Shown: positions 9,166 to 18,206 of the stretch, piece by piece
Position numbering within the stretch: the stretch's first letter is position 1
Layout: the number at the start of each line of letters is the position of its first letter
NCBI GenBank assembly: GCA_022640915.1
Contig: JALCCT010000007.1
Span: 23,482 to 87,481, forward strand
Direction of reading: 5' to 3'
DNA from: Bifidobacterium sp.
Lineage (GTDB): Bacteria > Actinomycetota > Actinomycetes > Actinomycetales > Bifidobacteriaceae
DNA: 64,000 nucleotides
Made by a program: the position numbers and the translations under genes
Notes under the pieces: generated by a model
The model's database searches: none
Seen by the model: the letters and a program-made list of their open reading frames with translations, nothing else
Told to the model about the DNA's origin: nothing

Positions 9166-10692
9166 ATGGTGTTGCAAGCGAGTGGATGTTGGGAGCATGT
9201 GTGGTTTCGTCCGCTGAGGGTGTTGGATGCGTGTGGTGTGCATGTTACGCGTATTGTGCCCGAGAACGCGGGGTTTTGTGTGCAGTGGGCGGATGCTGCA
9301 GACGAGCGTGGTAAAAGCGGTGTGCAGGCCGGTTGTAGTGGTAGTGGTGTTGGGACGGCGGGTTGCGGCGGGTTGCCGCAACGGTATTGTGTTCGTTGGC
9401 GCCCAGTTGAGGGTGGTGGGGATGCCGGGGAGCTGCTCGTAGTAGGGGATCGTTGTTGTGTGAGCGGTTTGCGTAATGGCGTGGATTATTCGGTTACGGT
9501 GGGTCGTGTGGTTTCGGACGACTCTTCGGGCGCCGGGTCGGGCGGCGCAGCACAGGGGGCTGGGGATGCGCCGGCTGGTGTGGTGGTGAGTGATCCGCGG
9601 TTGGTGCGCTGCGGGCCGATGGTGGGCAGTGTGGTGAACTATCTGCACCCCAGGGATGACGCCTTCCGTTTTTCGGGTCGGTATTTGGCCAGTCCCTCGA
9701 TTGTGCGGCTGCCTTCTGGCGTGTTGCTGGTTTCTATGGATGTGTTTGTGTGGCGTGGGGCGCAGAATCTGACGTTGTTGTTCGAGTCGCGTGATGAGGG
9801 ATGTTCGTGGGATTATGTTACCGAGCTGATGCCGTGCTTGTGGGGCAGGTTGTTTTTGCATGACGGTGTGTTGTATATGTTGGCGATGAATTGTGAGTAT
9901 GGTGATGTGCTTATTGGTCGTTCGACGGATGAGGGGCGTTCGTGGGGTGTGCCGACGGTGTTGTTCCGGGGGTCGGGCAATGCGGATGTGGGCGGTTTCC
10001 ATAAGGCGCCGATGCCGGTTATCGAGGTGGATGGCCAGTTGGTGACGGCTGTGGATTACGGGTCGTGGGAGACCGGGTTCGCCAGCGCGCTGTTGGTGGC
10101 TGATGCGTCGGGTGATCTGCTTGATCCGTCTTCGTGGCATCTTTCGGGCCTGTGCTCGGCTGATTGCCGGCCGCAGGCGTTGCGTCATGTGGTCGCGATT
10201 GAGGGCAATGCGGTGGTGGGTCCGGATGGCGTGGTGCGGGATATGCTGCGTTTGCAGATGGATGGCTCGAGTCCTCGTTTTGGCAAGGCGCTGATGCTCA
10301 AGGCCTCTGGGCCGGATCTTTCGGAGTTGTGTTTTGAGGGGGTGAGCGATTTTAATGGGGGCAGTAATTCGAAGTTCGAGGTTGTGTATGATGAGCCGAG
10401 TCAAACGTATCTGGCTCTTGCCAATGAGATTGTGGATCCGGGTTTGCCGGCGGCGCGTAATGTCCTTTCGTTGATGGTGTCTAAGGATTTACGCACGTTC
10501 CGGGTGGCTGCCAGGGTGGTGGATCTCAGTGACGGTGATCCAGGATGGGTTGCGGCGCAGTATCCGAGTTTTATCGTGGATGGTGATGATCTGTTGGTGG
10601 TCAGCCGGACTGCGTTGAATGGCGCGGACTCGTACCACAACAGCAACGCCATCACCTTCCACCGAGTCAAAAACTTCAGAACCCTACTCTAA
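9166..10692 (+). CDS. FN3-like domain plus BNR/Asp-box beta-propeller (sialidase-fold glycosidase), no signal peptide
   Basis: Asp-boxes SRDEGCSW, STDEGRSW, SKDLRTF; YPS near the C-terminus; N-terminal W..Y.VRWR..GL.NGVDYSVTV pattern; GGAGG RBS at 9152. Confidence 0.75.
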   Translation: MVLQASGCWEHVWFRPLRVLDACGVHVTRIVPENAGFCVQWADAADERGKSGVQAGCSGSGVGTAGCGGLPQRYCVRWRPVEGGGDAGELLVVGDRCCVSGLRNGVDYSVTVGRVVSDDSSGAGSGGAAQGAGDAPAGVVVSDPRLVRCGPMVGSVVNYLHPRDDAFRFSGRYLASPSIVRLPSGVLLVSMDVFVWRGAQNLTLLFESRDEGCSWDYVTELMPCLWGRLFLHDGVLYMLAMNCEYGDVLIGRSTDEGRSWGVPTVLFRGSGNADVGGFHKAPMPVIEVDGQLVTAVDYGSWETGFASALLVADASGDLLDPSSWHLSGLCSADCRPQALRHVVAIEGNAVVGPDGVVRDMLRLQMDGSSPRFGKALMLKASGPDLSELCFEGVSDFNGGSNSKFEVVYDEPSQTYLALANEIVDPGLPAARNVLSLMVSKDLRTFRVAARVVDLSDGDPGWVAAQYPSFIVDGDDLLVVSRTALNGADSYHNSNAITFHRVKNFRTLL

Positions 10693-10729
10693 CCACGCAA
10701 CACATAGCAGCATTGCGCGCCGCCGAGGC

Positions 10730-11386
10730 CTATTGCAAAGCGGGCATGGCCCGTATCATCCGGTTCAGCGAACCCTGGAGATGGCTCGCGATCAGCGGCG
10801 CGACGTCTGCGTGCGCGCCTTGTTCAAGCGAGTTCAGTATGGCGGCGTGGTCTTCGTAGGACGGCGTGAGATCCGCGTCCTAGGTGTTGGTGACTTGCAG
10901 CATGACGGAGAACAGGGGCTTGATCACTGACCAGAAGGCGATCACCCGGGAGTTGCGCGAGCCGAGGATGATCGCATGATGGAAGTCGAGGTCGGCCTGA
11001 GCGTATTCGTTGCTGCTGCCTGCCTGCAATGCGCGCTCCATTGCCTGCAACGCATCGCGCATGTGCGTCAATGGCGCCAATTGCGGGTTCTCGACTATAT
11101 GTGCTACTGCCAATTCCTCGAACGATGCCCGCACCTCATGCATATCGCGCACGTCTTTCTGCGTCAGTCCCGAGACGATGCATCCCTGCCGCCCGCGCGT
11201 CACGAGTCCCTCGCTGGCCAGCAGCTGCAGTGCGTCGCGCACTGGCCCCCGGCTTACGCCATAATGCCCGGCGAGTTCGGTTTCGATGATGCGCTGGCCT
11301 TTTATGAGCTCCCCGTGGATAATCGTCGAACGCAGATCCGCCGCTATCTGCTCGCCGAGCGATTCAATACGAGGATACCCGCTCAT
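10730..11386 (-). pseudogene. GntR/FadR-family regulator (wHTH + FCD) interrupted by an in-frame TAG at 10880-10882
   Basis: HTH ETELAGHYGVSRGPVRDAL, FCD ADLDFHHAI; frame continues after the stop as DADLTPSYEDHAAIL...ASHLQGS to a stop at 10730. Confidence 0.8.
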
Positions 11387-11530
11387 CTCTTCCTTTCTTG
11401 CGCCGCCGTCGGTACATGCGGCGTAACGACGGCAGGCTTTATTTGCCGTATTGCCGCTATTTTCGCCTTGATCTTTCAACAAAGCATAACAGCTGCAAGC
11501 TATCATGGGAATGTGCGTGGTTTCGCTGTG

Positions 11531-12586
11531 TCACCACAGCCGCACAGCGCCTTGTATGCGCACGTCGAAGGGCGCGGGCGGCTGCTCTTCGCGTCCCGTC
11601 TCTTCAGTCGACAGCCTTAAGCTGCCGTTTTCAATCTGTGCAGTGATCTGCGGCACAGCGCGTGGCGGGTTAGACGATGTTGCGGCTGAAACCTGCGCCT
11701 TCGTCTCAACTTGGCAATCCAGCCGCGCTTCGACCGGGCAGGCGCCGACTGCTATCTCAGGCAACGCCAATTCGGCGAACGGGGCAGCAGATGCAGTCTG
11801 CACAGTGTTCGGCAGTAGCCGGAACTTCCACTCGAGGTTAAACCAGCCATCATCTGAGGCTGTGACCGAGCCCTCGGGCTCGGTCACAGCCATGCGCGCC
11901 ATGGGATTGTTGAGCTTAGCAAACTGTGCGGCGTCGCCTGCCAGCCATGTCGCAGCACTGATCCGCGAATCGCTTGCCGCGCCTGCCTGACTGGTTCGTC
12001 CTGTCATGACATCCGCCATCAGTTGCGCAAGGACCGTGTAGGATCCGGCGTGCAGATGCTGCAGATGCATAAGTGTGTCGCAGCCGCCATAGTGAGCGAA
12101 ATCAGGTCCCCAAATTTTGTGGAGGAGTTCCAGATGCACGTCGAAGCCTTCGCTTTGCAGTATGTCGCCGAAGCCGCGAAATAGCGGGGTGCGGCCGTGG
12201 TTCGAAGTGCGCGCCATAGTGGGGAAATACCACAGCCGCGCCTTGGGGAACATCGCCGCGACCATAGCTGCGCATCGGCGGGTGCCGTGACTGCTGATGC
12301 CGTAGAAGACGTTGTTGTTGCCTAGCTCGACGACCACATCGCTGACAGCATGGGGATCGCAGTTTGCGTCGTCGCGGCAGCGCAGAATTTGCGAGAGCCA
12401 GTTATTGCCTTTCGGTCCTCCCTCATCGCCGATGATCGCCCCGCCAACGCCATAGGTGTGCATCTCGCAATCCAAGATGCGTTGCAGATGCTTGGTGAGC
12501 TCGGCGTGTTCGAATACGCTCCATGAGTCTGCGAATACAACTACGCAACGAGCTTGATCGCGTGGCGAATTGTTGATGATACCCAT
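11531..12586 (-). CDS. Divergent SGNH/GDSL hydrolase-like protein with an extra C-terminal beta-rich domain
   Basis: Block I VFADSW, block II YGVGGA, block III ELGNN, candidate block V D..MHLQHLH; 1 bp downstream of the LacI gene. Confidence 0.55.
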   Translation of the reverse strand: MGIINNSPRDQARCVVVFADSWSVFEHAELTKHLQRILDCEMHTYGVGGAIIGDEGGPKGNNWLSQILRCRDDANCDPHAVSDVVVELGNNNVFYGISSHGTRRCAAMVAAMFPKARLWYFPTMARTSNHGRTPLFRGFGDILQSEGFDVHLELLHKIWGPDFAHYGGCDTLMHLQHLHAGSYTVLAQLMADVMTGRTSQAGAASDSRISAATWLAGDAAQFAKLNNPMARMAVTEPEGSVTASDDGWFNLEWKFRLLPNTVQTASAAPFAELALPEIAVGACPVEARLDCQVETKAQVSAATSSNPPRAVPQITAQIENGSLRLSTEETGREEQPPAPFDVRIQGAVRLW

Positions 12587-12587
12587 A

Positions 12588-13613
12588 TCAGTGTGTCGAT
12601 TCTCGGCAGATGAGCCGGTATTGCGCGTTGAGTTGGCAAGGCGGGTGACTGGCGTAATCTTCGCCGCCTAGCCGGCGAAGGAGTGTATCGACGGCCTTAC
12701 GTGCCATATCGTGGAAATCTAGCGCGATCGTGGTGAGGGAGGGGGTTATGTATTCGCCTTCGGCGATACCGTCGAAACCGATGACGGCGACGTCGCGAGG
12801 TACGTGCAGTCCGCGTCGCTGCAGGGCGCGGATTACGCCGATCGCCGTCGAATCGTTTACGCAGACTACAGAGTCGAAGCGTAGGCCCGCGTCGATCGCT
12901 TTGAGCATTGTGCGCTCGCTCACGGCATAGCCCCAGTCCTCTGAAGCGATGAAACGAGCGGGGTCGGGGACAAGATTGTTGCGTGCGAGCGCCTGTTCGA
13001 ATCCGGCGACACGCAGCCAGCCGGAATCGCGAGATGCGTCGATTCTCTTGAGGGGTCGGTAACCCAGCCCGAAGAATGTGGGAGCTTTGCATCCCGAGGC
13101 AAGAATGTACGATGTGGCTACGAATGCCGCCTGCCGTGCAGGGGTGTACAGCACATCGTAGATCCTATTGTCGTCGTACGGCGACAATAGCAATGCGGGC
13201 TTGCCGTTGAGTTGCGAGCGTATTTGCTCTGCGTTGAGCTTGCTGGGGCTGAAAATTACTGCATCGCAGAACGCGCTGGTGACGTGCTCCAGAATCGATG
13301 CCTCGTTTCTGCGATCGTACAGGGTCTGCTGGATTACAGTCTGCATTCCGCGACTCAATGCATACTGGGAGATTGCATCAGCAAGCTGGCAGGCGTAAGG
13401 GTTGCGCAGGTCCTGCATCACCACGCCGATGGCGTTGCTGCGACCGGATTTGAGGTTGCGCGCGGAAAGATTGACTGTGTAGTTGAGCTTCTTGGCGGCT
13501 TGGACAACCCGACGCCTGGTGGAGGGCGATATGCTTGCGTCGCCGCGCAGCGCATATGACACCGTTGCCTGCGACACGCCGGCTGCGAAAGCCACATCGC
13601 GCATGGTGACCAT
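12588..13613 (-). CDS. LacI-family transcriptional regulator
   Basis: MVTMRDVAFAAGVSQATVSYAL; VPRDVAVIGFDG, PSLTTI. Confidence 0.93.
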   Translation of the reverse strand: MVTMRDVAFAAGVSQATVSYALRGDASISPSTRRRVVQAAKKLNYTVNLSARNLKSGRSNAIGVVMQDLRNPYACQLADAISQYALSRGMQTVIQQTLYDRRNEASILEHVTSAFCDAVIFSPSKLNAEQIRSQLNGKPALLLSPYDDNRIYDVLYTPARQAAFVATSYILASGCKAPTFFGLGYRPLKRIDASRDSGWLRVAGFEQALARNNLVPDPARFIASEDWGYAVSERTMLKAIDAGLRFDSVVCVNDSTAIGVIRALQRRGLHVPRDVAVIGFDGIAEGEYITPSLTTIALDFHDMARKAVDTLLRRLGGEDYASHPPCQLNAQYRLICRESTH

Positions 13614-13744
13614 AGATTCTCCTCGCATACGGTTTGCGGCTTCGTGCTCAAAGCGCGAGCCGCTTCGTGCGGCGGGCCATAGGCAGGGCTTGCCGCGTCT
13701 TGAGTTTAATTGCGGCCATGATGTCAGGCGCGGACAAGCTCAAG

Positions 13745-13774
13745 TTGACACGTATCAATAATATCATTTATATT
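13745..13774 (+). promoter_or_regulatory. Promoter TTGACA-N18-TATATT with a LacI-type palindromic operator TTGACACGTATCAA over the -35
   Basis: CG-centred near-palindrome at 13745-13758 in the divergent region next to the LacI gene. Confidence 0.6.
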
Positions 13775-13937
13775 GTATAGCGTATCTCACTTATTCGTTT
13801 CAGTGACACCGGGGCAGTGTATGGCGGCCTTAGCACGCGGCGAATGAATGCGATGCGGCGTTGCCGACGATGCCGTCGGATGCGTGTGCGAAGAGAAGCA
13901 AGCCTGCGCAAGCAGAACAATATAGGAGGTTTCAACG

Positions 13938-14252
13938 ATGAAGAGCTCAGCGAGAAGAATCATTCTGCCGATGATGACGCCGGTGCTCGCGGCGGTGGCG
14001 GTATTCACCTTCTCGGCTAATTGGGGCAATTTCTTCGGCCCATTGCTGTACCTCAACGACGAAGAGAAGATGCCGCTGGCGCTTGGCCTGCAGGTGCTTT
14101 CGGCCCAGACTTCCGGAGCGCAGACCCCGCCGTGGAACATGATCATGGTCGGTTCGCTGATTCTGATCATTCCAGTGCTCATCGTGTATTACTTCTCGCA
14201 GCGTTACCTGTACGAAAGCGGCATGATGACCGGTTCGTCCAGCATCAAATAA
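13938..14252 (+). pseudogene. Truncated carbohydrate ABC permease (C-terminal part only) fused to a signal-peptide-like start
   Basis: AGGAGG RBS, MKSSARR, then IILPMMTP..FTF..NW.NFFGPLLYL..YYFSQRY typical of a MalG C-terminus; no EAA loop or N-terminal helices. Confidence 0.8.
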
Positions 14253-14408
14253 CATACTGGCGAAAACGGCCCGGCATGTGCTGGGCTGGCGGCAATGCCC
14301 GGCCCCCGCTGCATCGCCCACCAGGTATCCGCAGTTTGTACGGATACCTGGTGGGCAAACCGGTACGGCAATGCGGCGCAGCAGCAACGTAATTGCAGAA
14401 AGGCAATA

Positions 14409-17285
14409 ATGACTCCTGCTATTTTCTTCGATCATAACCGATTGCTCATCGACGGTGTACCGCGCATTGTGTTGTGTGCCTCGCTGTTCCCCTTCCGTGT
14501 TCCCCGTGAGCAGTGGGCGCAGCGGCTTGACGCGGTCAAGCGGCTGGGCTATCACGCCGTTGATGTGTATATTCCATGGAATTTCCACGAGATATCACCG
14601 GGGGATTGGGATTTCACCGGGCAGCGAGATGTCGAGGAATTCCTGCGTATGGCGCATGAGGCCGGACTGTACGCGTTGGTGAGGCCGGGGCCATACATCT
14701 GCTCGGAATGGGACGGCGGCGCGATTCCTGCATGGGTGAGCACTGATCGTAGCTTGCGAATCAGGCAGAACGACCGTGCCTTCCTTGCTGCGGTGGCAAA
14801 CTGGTACGACCAGATCATCCCGATTATTGCACGGCAGCAATACGGTAAGGGCGGTGCGGTCATCACGGTTCAAGCGGATAACGAGCTGGATTTCTTCTCC
14901 TGCGAAGACCCACAAGGGTATATTGGCGCGCTTGTCGCTATGATGCGCGAGCGAGGCATCACTGTGCCGATCATCGCGTGCGCCGGGCAGGGCGATCTCG
15001 CCGGGGCGGGCGCAGAAGCATCAGGCGCGCTGCCAGCTGTGAATTTGTATCCCAATGATGATGACATTGATGTGGATGAGCAGGTTCGATACTATCGGCG
15101 CGCATTGGACAGCCGTGACGTGCCGATGATCGTGACTGAAACGAATCGGTGGCATCGTACGCTCCGGCGGCTTGTAGGTAGCGGAGCCCGTTTCGTGGGG
15201 CCGTATCTGCAAGTGTCTGGATGGGATTTCGGCTATGGGACATCCGTGAACAATTGGGGATCGCTGCACGCCTGCATGACCCATGATTACGATTTCGGCG
15301 GCGTCATCGATCCTACCGGTCAAGAACGTGCGGACGCGAACGACGCCCGGCGTCTCGCGGCTATTATCGGCGCGCTGGGCGAACGGTTGGCAGCGGCAGA
15401 ACTCGAAGAAGAGCCAGCTGATGTCAGTGTTGTGGAGGAGCTCGGCGATGTCGTTGGCGCCCAACTCGTTGACGCGGCACGGTCTGACAGCGCTGTTCAG
15501 ACCGCCAATGCCAAGCTCGCGGTTGGCTCGCTGGCGCTCTGCGGCGGCGGACGCATGCTGACGCTTACCAATGTGTCCGCCGATCCGCTTGCTGTGTGTG
15601 TTGGGTCTGGCGACTTGCCTCATGTGAACCTCCCTGCGCGTGCGGGAGCGATGGTGGTTCGCGAGCTGCCGATGGGCTGCGACCTCACCTTGGCTGCGAC
15701 GAGCGGGGAGCTGATCGGTTGGAAGAATGGGGATCGTTCTGCCCGTTCGATTGATGCTTCAGGTGGCGCAATGGTCGATAGCGATTCCCCAAGCGGATCC
15801 GAGAATGAGGAAGTATTGACGTTTTCTGCTCCGACCATGGCTGCAGGATCCTTCTGGATCGCATTGCGCGCTGCGGCGGATGCGAATCGTCCCGGTGCAC
15901 GCTCCATCCGAATTGTGGATATCGACGGTGAGATAACGGTGCGGGCGCAAGGATCGTTGACGCTGCTTGAAGGCACGCAGGGTGCTGTCTGTATGGAAGA
16001 ATCGGAACAAGGGCATCGTTGGCGTATCGTGTTCACTCAGCCAGAGCGTATACGCGAGCGTGAGAGCGCACCTGAAACCGTGGTATCTGGTATCGAAGTC
16101 GCCTCTTGCGAACCACGTTGGCTGCGGCGCACGCCAGCCGCTACTCATCGGCCAGAGCCGTTGGAGCGCTTGGGCGTATATTCGGGCACGGCTCGCTATC
16201 ATGCTCGTATGGGAGCTGCGCCCGTGAAGGGAATCGTGCTGCGCGGTGCGGCCGATATTGTCGCCATGCAATGCGCAGATACTCGCACGAGATGGCTAGC
16301 GAACGGGGGAAGCGACTGCTTCGTCCCCATGGAGATCGGCAGCTGCGACGTCTCGAATGCAGAAGAGGGCGTGTCGACGTGCGACAGAGAGCTGACGGTA
16401 TACACACGAATCTGGGGTCATTCGAATTTTGACGACAGCAGGCTGCCGGCGTTGCGTCTCGACTCGACACGTGGCATTGCCGGGGCAATCGCCGTTACGG
16501 CAATGCATGACTGCGACTCCGGATGGCTTGTCGGTTACGACGAGCGCAAACCACAATTGCGTGAACGCTTGCGCCGCGAAGGCTTAGTGCTAGACGAACA
16601 GCCTCGCGCACGCGGCAGTCTTGGGTCGCGTAGTACTACAGTATGGCCGCACACGCTGGCATACACGCGCCAGCTTCATGTCGGTGACACTGCGGCCGCG
16701 CTGCATATCGAGGGAGGTCAGGCACGTTGCGATGTAGTGCTGGACGGCCGGCCGGTTGGCACGCTCACTCCCTTGCAGCCGACGTTGTGGCTTGGTGAAA
16801 TCCACGAAGGGGAGCCGCTGGAACTTATAGTTCACCGGACATGGGGCGAAGAAGCAGGACATGCGATGTTATTGACCGGCCATGAGTTGTATGGCTGGAG
16901 TGTGGAATCCTATGGTATTGCACAATTGCGTGAGGCTGCTTCGCAGGCGTCGTTCAACGCAGGGTCGTTGCCGCTTGAGATACCGGCCGGGTGTGGTGTG
17001 TGGCTGCGAATCGCGGGGTCTGCCTTGCAGAAGTCCCGTTGTTTGGCGAACACTATCGCGCGGTTCGATGGCGAAGGAGTGCAGATCACCGCTTTTACTC
17101 ACGAATACTGCCTTGGGCGCGTGGTGCTGGGCGGCTTGCCGGGCACGACTTTCGCCGGTGGCCGGGGGGATGTGCTCGTTGTGCCCCAAACGCAAGGCGA
17201 TTTGCTCCTGTATATTGAATCCACAGGGGAAGGCCTTGGCGCATTGCGCGGCATCACGTTGGGAGGACCCGTAGACAGAGTTTAG
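14409..17285 (+). CDS. GH35-family beta-galactosidase-like glycosidase with long divergent C-terminal domains
   Basis: YIPWNFHE, RPGPYICSEWDGG.IPAW, QADNE (acid/base), MIVTE (nucleophile), TH.YDFGG. Confidence 0.82.
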   Translation: MTPAIFFDHNRLLIDGVPRIVLCASLFPFRVPREQWAQRLDAVKRLGYHAVDVYIPWNFHEISPGDWDFTGQRDVEEFLRMAHEAGLYALVRPGPYICSEWDGGAIPAWVSTDRSLRIRQNDRAFLAAVANWYDQIIPIIARQQYGKGGAVITVQADNELDFFSCEDPQGYIGALVAMMRERGITVPIIACAGQGDLAGAGAEASGALPAVNLYPNDDDIDVDEQVRYYRRALDSRDVPMIVTETNRWHRTLRRLVGSGARFVGPYLQVSGWDFGYGTSVNNWGSLHACMTHDYDFGGVIDPTGQERADANDARRLAAIIGALGERLAAAELEEEPADVSVVEELGDVVGAQLVDAARSDSAVQTANAKLAVGSLALCGGGRMLTLTNVSADPLAVCVGSGDLPHVNLPARAGAMVVRELPMGCDLTLAATSGELIGWKNGDRSARSIDASGGAMVDSDSPSGSENEEVLTFSAPTMAAGSFWIALRAAADANRPGARSIRIVDIDGEITVRAQGSLTLLEGTQGAVCMEESEQGHRWRIVFTQPERIRERESAPETVVSGIEVASCEPRWLRRTPAATHRPEPLERLGVYSGTARYHARMGAAPVKGIVLRGAADIVAMQCADTRTRWLANGGSDCFVPMEIGSCDVSNAEEGVSTCDRELTVYTRIWGHSNFDDSRLPALRLDSTRGIAGAIAVTAMHDCDSGWLVGYDERKPQLRERLRREGLVLDEQPRARGSLGSRSTTVWPHTLAYTRQLHVGDTAAALHIEGGQARCDVVLDGRPVGTLTPLQPTLWLGEIHEGEPLELIVHRTWGEEAGHAMLLTGHELYGWSVESYGIAQLREAASQASFNAGSLPLEIPAGCGVWLRIAGSALQKSRCLANTIARFDGEGVQITAFTHEYCLGRVVLGGLPGTTFAGGRGDVLVVPQTQGDLLLYIESTGEGLGALRGITLGGPVDRV

Positions 17286-17423
17286 GGCACTCCTGCGTAC
17301 GATGGCAGACAGGCCTGGATATAGACTCGTAGACATTTGCGCAGTATCATGCGCATGACGATATTCGTGTTTACGATGAACTAGAAGCTGTGTCGTTGGT
17401 CAGAGCTCGGCGAGCTCAGAGAT

Positions 17424-18173
17424 GTGAGGCGTGGAATGGTGCAGGACGGCAAAGGTCCCGAAGATGCGCAGGAATATCGCCTCACCGATGAGCAGCGCGA
17501 GGCTATCGCCACGCTGGCTTGCGCGAATGTGTATGCCAAGCAGTCAAAGTGGAAAACCTTCCGCGAGCTTGACCGGCACGACAAGTGGCCGTTTTTCGTC
17601 CAGCATTTTCTGCTCGGTACGGTTGCTGCGGCCGTGGCGCTCGCCGTTGTCGTGGCTGTGGCTGTGACATTCTTCACCAAGCCGCCCGACCCGCTGATCA
17701 GCGTCCAGGGCGTAGATATGCCAGGCAATTCCGCGAAGCTTGATGAGCTTAACGCGGGGTTCAGGCGGCAGGCGGGCATCGCCGACAAGCGACTTGTGCA
17801 GATCGACGATTCGCTGAGCATCAGCAACGGGTATGCTGATGATTCGGCGAAGATCATGGCCATGGTCTCGGCAGGGCAGATCAACATGCTGTTCTCCTCG
17901 ACCAAGAATTTTGCTGAGCTGGTCGGCAGAGGGTATGTCGCCAAGCCTGCCGCCGTTCTTTCCGCGCAGCAATTAGCCGCGCTTTCAGGAGCATTGGTTG
18001 ATGCGCATGGCAGACCGGTTGCAGACCCGGCTAAGGCGGTCGGCTTGAACTTGTCTCAATCGCGTATTTGGGCTGCATGCGGGTTGCCGAGTGATGCGAT
18101 CCTGGGGTTCAGCAATGTGACCTCCGGCAAGAACTATCCGCGCCGATTCGTGAACTATCTGCGCTTCGAATAG
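17424..18173 (+). CDS. Hypothetical membrane-anchored protein (single TM, solute-binding-like remainder)
   Basis: One hydrophobic helix LLGTVAAAVALAVVVAVAVTFF; immediately upstream of the DUF624 gene. Confidence 0.6.
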   Translation: MRRGMVQDGKGPEDAQEYRLTDEQREAIATLACANVYAKQSKWKTFRELDRHDKWPFFVQHFLLGTVAAAVALAVVVAVAVTFFTKPPDPLISVQGVDMPGNSAKLDELNAGFRRQAGIADKRLVQIDDSLSISNGYADDSAKIMAMVSAGQINMLFSSTKNFAELVGRGYVAKPAAVLSAQQLAALSGALVDAHGRPVADPAKAVGLNLSQSRIWAACGLPSDAILGFSNVTSGKNYPRRFVNYLRFE

Positions 18174-18206
18174 GGGCTGCTATAGCATTGTCACTATCAT
18201 CCGCTG

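Noticed and set aside
9025-10404. 459-aa His/Thr/Pro/Arg-rich minus-strand ORF
   Set aside because: Mirror image of the G+T skew of the BNR gene on the plus strand
9166-11386. Canonical sialic acid (nan) cluster with NanR
   Set aside because: No nanA, nanK or nanE in the window and no clear RIP motif in the propeller
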